DNA of 64,000 nucleotides from a virus (Duplodnaviria; Caudoviricetes): IMG/VR virus record IMGVR_UViG_3300028580_000125, positions 1 to 64,000 of that record; one strand, 5' to 3'. Shown piece by piece: positions 61,195 to 64,000 of this stretch (position 1 is its first letter; each line of letters starts with the position of its first letter). The notes under the pieces were generated by a model. It saw only the letters and a program-made list of their open reading frames with translations, ran no database searches and was not told where the DNA came from. The position numbers and the translations under genes were made by a program.

Positions 61195-63855
61195 TCAGAA
61201 CTCATATTTCTCCTTGCGTTGAATAAAAGCGCTCCGTCCGCCCTCCAGAATGCTGGCAACCTGATCACGAATCGTCGGGACATCAATAGAACCCTGTGCA
61301 TCTAGTCCGAGGCAACCGTGGTTCTCCGCTGCCGTAAATACACCGATCCATTCAGCGTCGCCAAACACTGGGATGTTAGCGTTGTGTGTCGCAAACAGGA
61401 ACTGTCGGCTGATCTTGGCTTCTCTGAGCTCGACGACGATCCGATCTGCGATGAAGGCGTTGTCTAGGTTGTCCTCCGGCTGATCCATCAATAGTGGGTC
61501 GACGTTCTCAAGCAGCAGCATGTGCAGGATTGCCGTGCACTGCTGGCCCGTAGAGAGCTTATTGAGCGGCCGGAATACCGGATCGGCTTGGCCGTGAGCG
61601 ACATTCAAAAAGATGTCCACGCGATGCTCCAACTCCAAGGCCTCCAGCTCCATGAGCTGAGACGACTGGAGCTGGGTGAGTGCGTCGGCGACCATCTGCG
61701 TGACCCCCCAATCGAGTTGCACGTCGGCAGAGCCTTTCTTAATCGACTGGGCCAACGACAACGGGCTGATCGTCTCGGCGTCCTCTATGAACGCTAGCCG
61801 CTTTTCGCCCACACCGTCCAGCTTGCACCCAAGCAGGAATGCCATCAATGGCGTACGGTCAGCCTCTGGCACGATTTCCACCTTGAGCTTGCCTTCAAGT
61901 CGCCTGTTCAACTTCCTCGCGGCCTTCTGCAATGCCTGTATGCGTTGCCCACGCAAATCAGACAGCTCGGCCAACAGATTGCGCCGTTCCTGGCGTAAGG
62001 TCTCGCGCTGAGACTCGTGGGTAGTCGCCCGCGACTTCATGGGCTTGATGCGCTCGATCTCCCCCATCAACTTTTGATAGGCAATACCGACCTCTTGCCC
62101 GCTCTTACCAGCAGTGGCGGGCAACGTCCGCAGCGCCTTTTCCAACTCGGCATCGTGCTCCTGAATAGCCTGCTGCCATGCGCCGTGCTGGGTAGTGAAC
62201 TGTCCTGCCCGGTCATCAAGCAAGGCCTGCATGACGGTCAGATGGTCGGTGAACCCCTTCTTGAGTCCATCCAGTGTGGCGCGCATAGCGAGCAACTGGG
62301 CAGCATCAGGCAATCCATCAAGGGCCTCGTCGTTGATGAAGTCGAGATCAGGCAATCCGTCACGCAGGCCTGAAAGCACGTCGCGAAAGCTTTGCACGCC
62401 ATCGGTCGCGGTCTTGGCAATCTCTCGCTCTCGCGCAAGTAATGAGGTCTTGGCCAGCTTCTCCTTGATCCCCAGCTCGTCGAACCCGCGAAGCTGCTCT
62501 TCCAGTTTGGGCAAGCGCTCGATCTGTACATTCAGCTCGTCAAGGTTGGTCAGGGATTTCGTGAGGTTCTGCTGGTTGTCCTTCAAGCGTCTATACACGT
62601 CGGCGCTCTTCGCCTCGTATTCCCGGTCTTGAGGAAGAAAACGATCCAGCAACTGCATCCGGCTGGTTACATCTTGGGCCAGCTCGTAGATTTCGTTCTG
62701 CCCATAGATGTCGATGCCCGGCAGCAAGTCGCGCGGGAGCAGGGTGGAGACATTGCCATCAATGTCACGCACCATCGGCGGCTCGCCATGACGGCGCGAT
62801 ATGGTGTATTGCTTGCCGTTCTGGGCAGAAGACATCACTGTCAGATCAACCCGTCCGGCCGAGCGACCAAGGTTCTCCTTGATGATCTCATGGTGGAGCT
62901 TCTGAGCCTGCTTGCCTTTGGGTGGAAAGTCTAAGGCGAAGCGCAGGCATTCGAGTAAGGTTGACTTCCCCGTTCCACGGCCACCGATTACCGTATTGAG
63001 ATGGTCGGAAAAATCCACCTGGACACCATCAAGATAGCCACCAGCCACCGTCATACGCACTACCTTGCCAACCGGGCTTTGGGCTTGCTGAGAGTTAAGT
63101 CGGACTCGCGATCCCGGGTCGAGGAAGGCAACCTTGAACGCAGCGAAAGTGGGTCGTGTCATCTTTATGAAGCACGTTGCGCTCGGCTGATCCAAGTCTT
63201 CAGGCTTGGCAACATCCTTGGCGTTGATTGCTGCTACAGGGCGCTCACGCCGGTAGCTATCGTCCTTGTTCAAGAACACTTTGCGGTAGAAGTCGCCTTC
63301 AATGCTCGTTAGGTCATCTATCGCCCCCGGGATTTGGGCCGCCCGTAACTTTGGGTGCTTCCATACGTGGTTCAGACGGTTTCTCAGCAGGCCGCTCTCT
63401 TGTGTGCAATGAGCCGCATAGACGAACCCACCGAGTCGATCAACTTCATCAATCAGTTCCTCCGAACTCAGGCGGGACGGCCGAATACCGTCGGCTGGGT
63501 CATGCAATTTGAGGTTACCAAGGTAGCGATCAAGCTGCTGCACCGTGGTATCCTCGGCGAAGAGACAGACGTAATGAGTCTTGTCGTTCGAGGCGATCTC
63601 GAAGCCGGGAAACACCGTGATCCCATGCGGCTTCAGCACGTTTCGTAGAGTATCGATGCTGTCGACGCAACCGTGATCTGCCAAGCCAATAACAGAGATA
63701 TCCATCTCAAGGCATTTTCGAAGCAATGCTTGGTTATACCCATCCTCATCAAAACCATGATCGCCACCCCGGTACGCTTCGTTGTAGCCCACCGGGTTTA
63801 CTTGTAACGCACAGCGCCAGAACCTTGCACAGGTAAATCGTGAAATATCGCTCAT
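61195..63855 (-). CDS. PHP-domain + ABC/SMC-type ATPase (TrlF/Ppl-like), probable anti-phage defence protein
   Basis: N-terminal PHP (IGLADH, VFPGFEI, HYVCLF, YAAH); Walker A IGGRGTGKST; coiled coil; LSTGQQCTA; LLMDQPEDNLDN; ATHNANIPV.GDAE. Confidence 0.85.
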   Translation of the reverse strand: MSDISRFTCARFWRCALQVNPVGYNEAYRGGDHGFDEDGYNQALLRKCLEMDISVIGLADHGCVDSIDTLRNVLKPHGITVFPGFEIASNDKTHYVCLFAEDTTVQQLDRYLGNLKLHDPADGIRPSRLSSEELIDEVDRLGGFVYAAHCTQESGLLRNRLNHVWKHPKLRAAQIPGAIDDLTSIEGDFYRKVFLNKDDSYRRERPVAAINAKDVAKPEDLDQPSATCFIKMTRPTFAAFKVAFLDPGSRVRLNSQQAQSPVGKVVRMTVAGGYLDGVQVDFSDHLNTVIGGRGTGKSTLLECLRFALDFPPKGKQAQKLHHEIIKENLGRSAGRVDLTVMSSAQNGKQYTISRRHGEPPMVRDIDGNVSTLLPRDLLPGIDIYGQNEIYELAQDVTSRMQLLDRFLPQDREYEAKSADVYRRLKDNQQNLTKSLTNLDELNVQIERLPKLEEQLRGFDELGIKEKLAKTSLLAREREIAKTATDGVQSFRDVLSGLRDGLPDLDFINDEALDGLPDAAQLLAMRATLDGLKKGFTDHLTVMQALLDDRAGQFTTQHGAWQQAIQEHDAELEKALRTLPATAGKSGQEVGIAYQKLMGEIERIKPMKSRATTHESQRETLRQERRNLLAELSDLRGQRIQALQKAARKLNRRLEGKLKVEIVPEADRTPLMAFLLGCKLDGVGEKRLAFIEDAETISPLSLAQSIKKGSADVQLDWGVTQMVADALTQLQSSQLMELEALELEHRVDIFLNVAHGQADPVFRPLNKLSTGQQCTAILHMLLLENVDPLLMDQPEDNLDNAFIADRIVVELREAKISRQFLFATHNANIPVFGDAEWIGVFTAAENHGCLGLDAQGSIDVPTIRDQVASILEGGRSAFIQRKEKYEF

Positions 63856-64000
63856 TTTCGTCTGTGCTCCGGTTCACCTTTGATAAATGGAGCCGTCTTG
63901 TTTGGAATGTCTGTAATTACTGAAATGGCAGACTCGAAGGCATCTTTGCACCCTTCTACGCCCTGCAGCATTGCCACTTCAATAAAACGCTGCGACGGCT

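Larger units (their letters stand above)
57479..64000. mobile_element. Second integrative element (satellite-like island), continues beyond the window
   Basis: TTCCCAACAC direct repeats (57524, 57536), AlpA-like HTH, AAA replication-type protein, defence-type cargo; no integrase visible in the window. Confidence 0.6.

Overview
Positions 1 to ~57,480 are an apparently complete temperate prophage. It has a podovirus-type virion module with an N4-gp56-like major capsid protein. GC content and gene content suggest a Desulfovibrio-like anaerobe as host (inference). It runs from a tyrosine integrase at the left edge to a 3'-half tRNA-Val(TAC) att site at ~57,430-57,478. The layout is lambdoid: a leftward early operon (recombination genes, exonuclease, Tad1-like anti-defence sponge, two Lar-like proteins, two radical-SAM-type proteins, ASCH, tRNA-Pro), a CI/Cro/CII switch with three palindromic operators, then replication, packaging, lysis, head/tail, ejection proteins and a 3,647-aa DarB-like methylase-helicase. 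The main finding is an intact diversity-generating retroelement (avd-TR-RT) with two targets. VR1 is in the collagen tail fibre. VR2 is in a stand-alone, fibre-less paralogue ~33 kb away on the opposite strand, inside the early operon and directly downstream of the Tad1-like gene. Both VRs differ from the TR only at adenines and have their own GRNA-loop hairpin. Other hidden features are an out-of-frame gene with its own RBS and promoter nested in the DarB-like gene, a 54-aa stand-alone NrdD glycyl-radical-like peptide, and a 112-nt tRNA-like RNA. Right of the att site a second, satellite-like island begins (AlpA-like HTH, primase/helicase-like AAA protein, PHP-ATPase defence-type gene). All family assignments come from motif recognition by eye; no database search was run.
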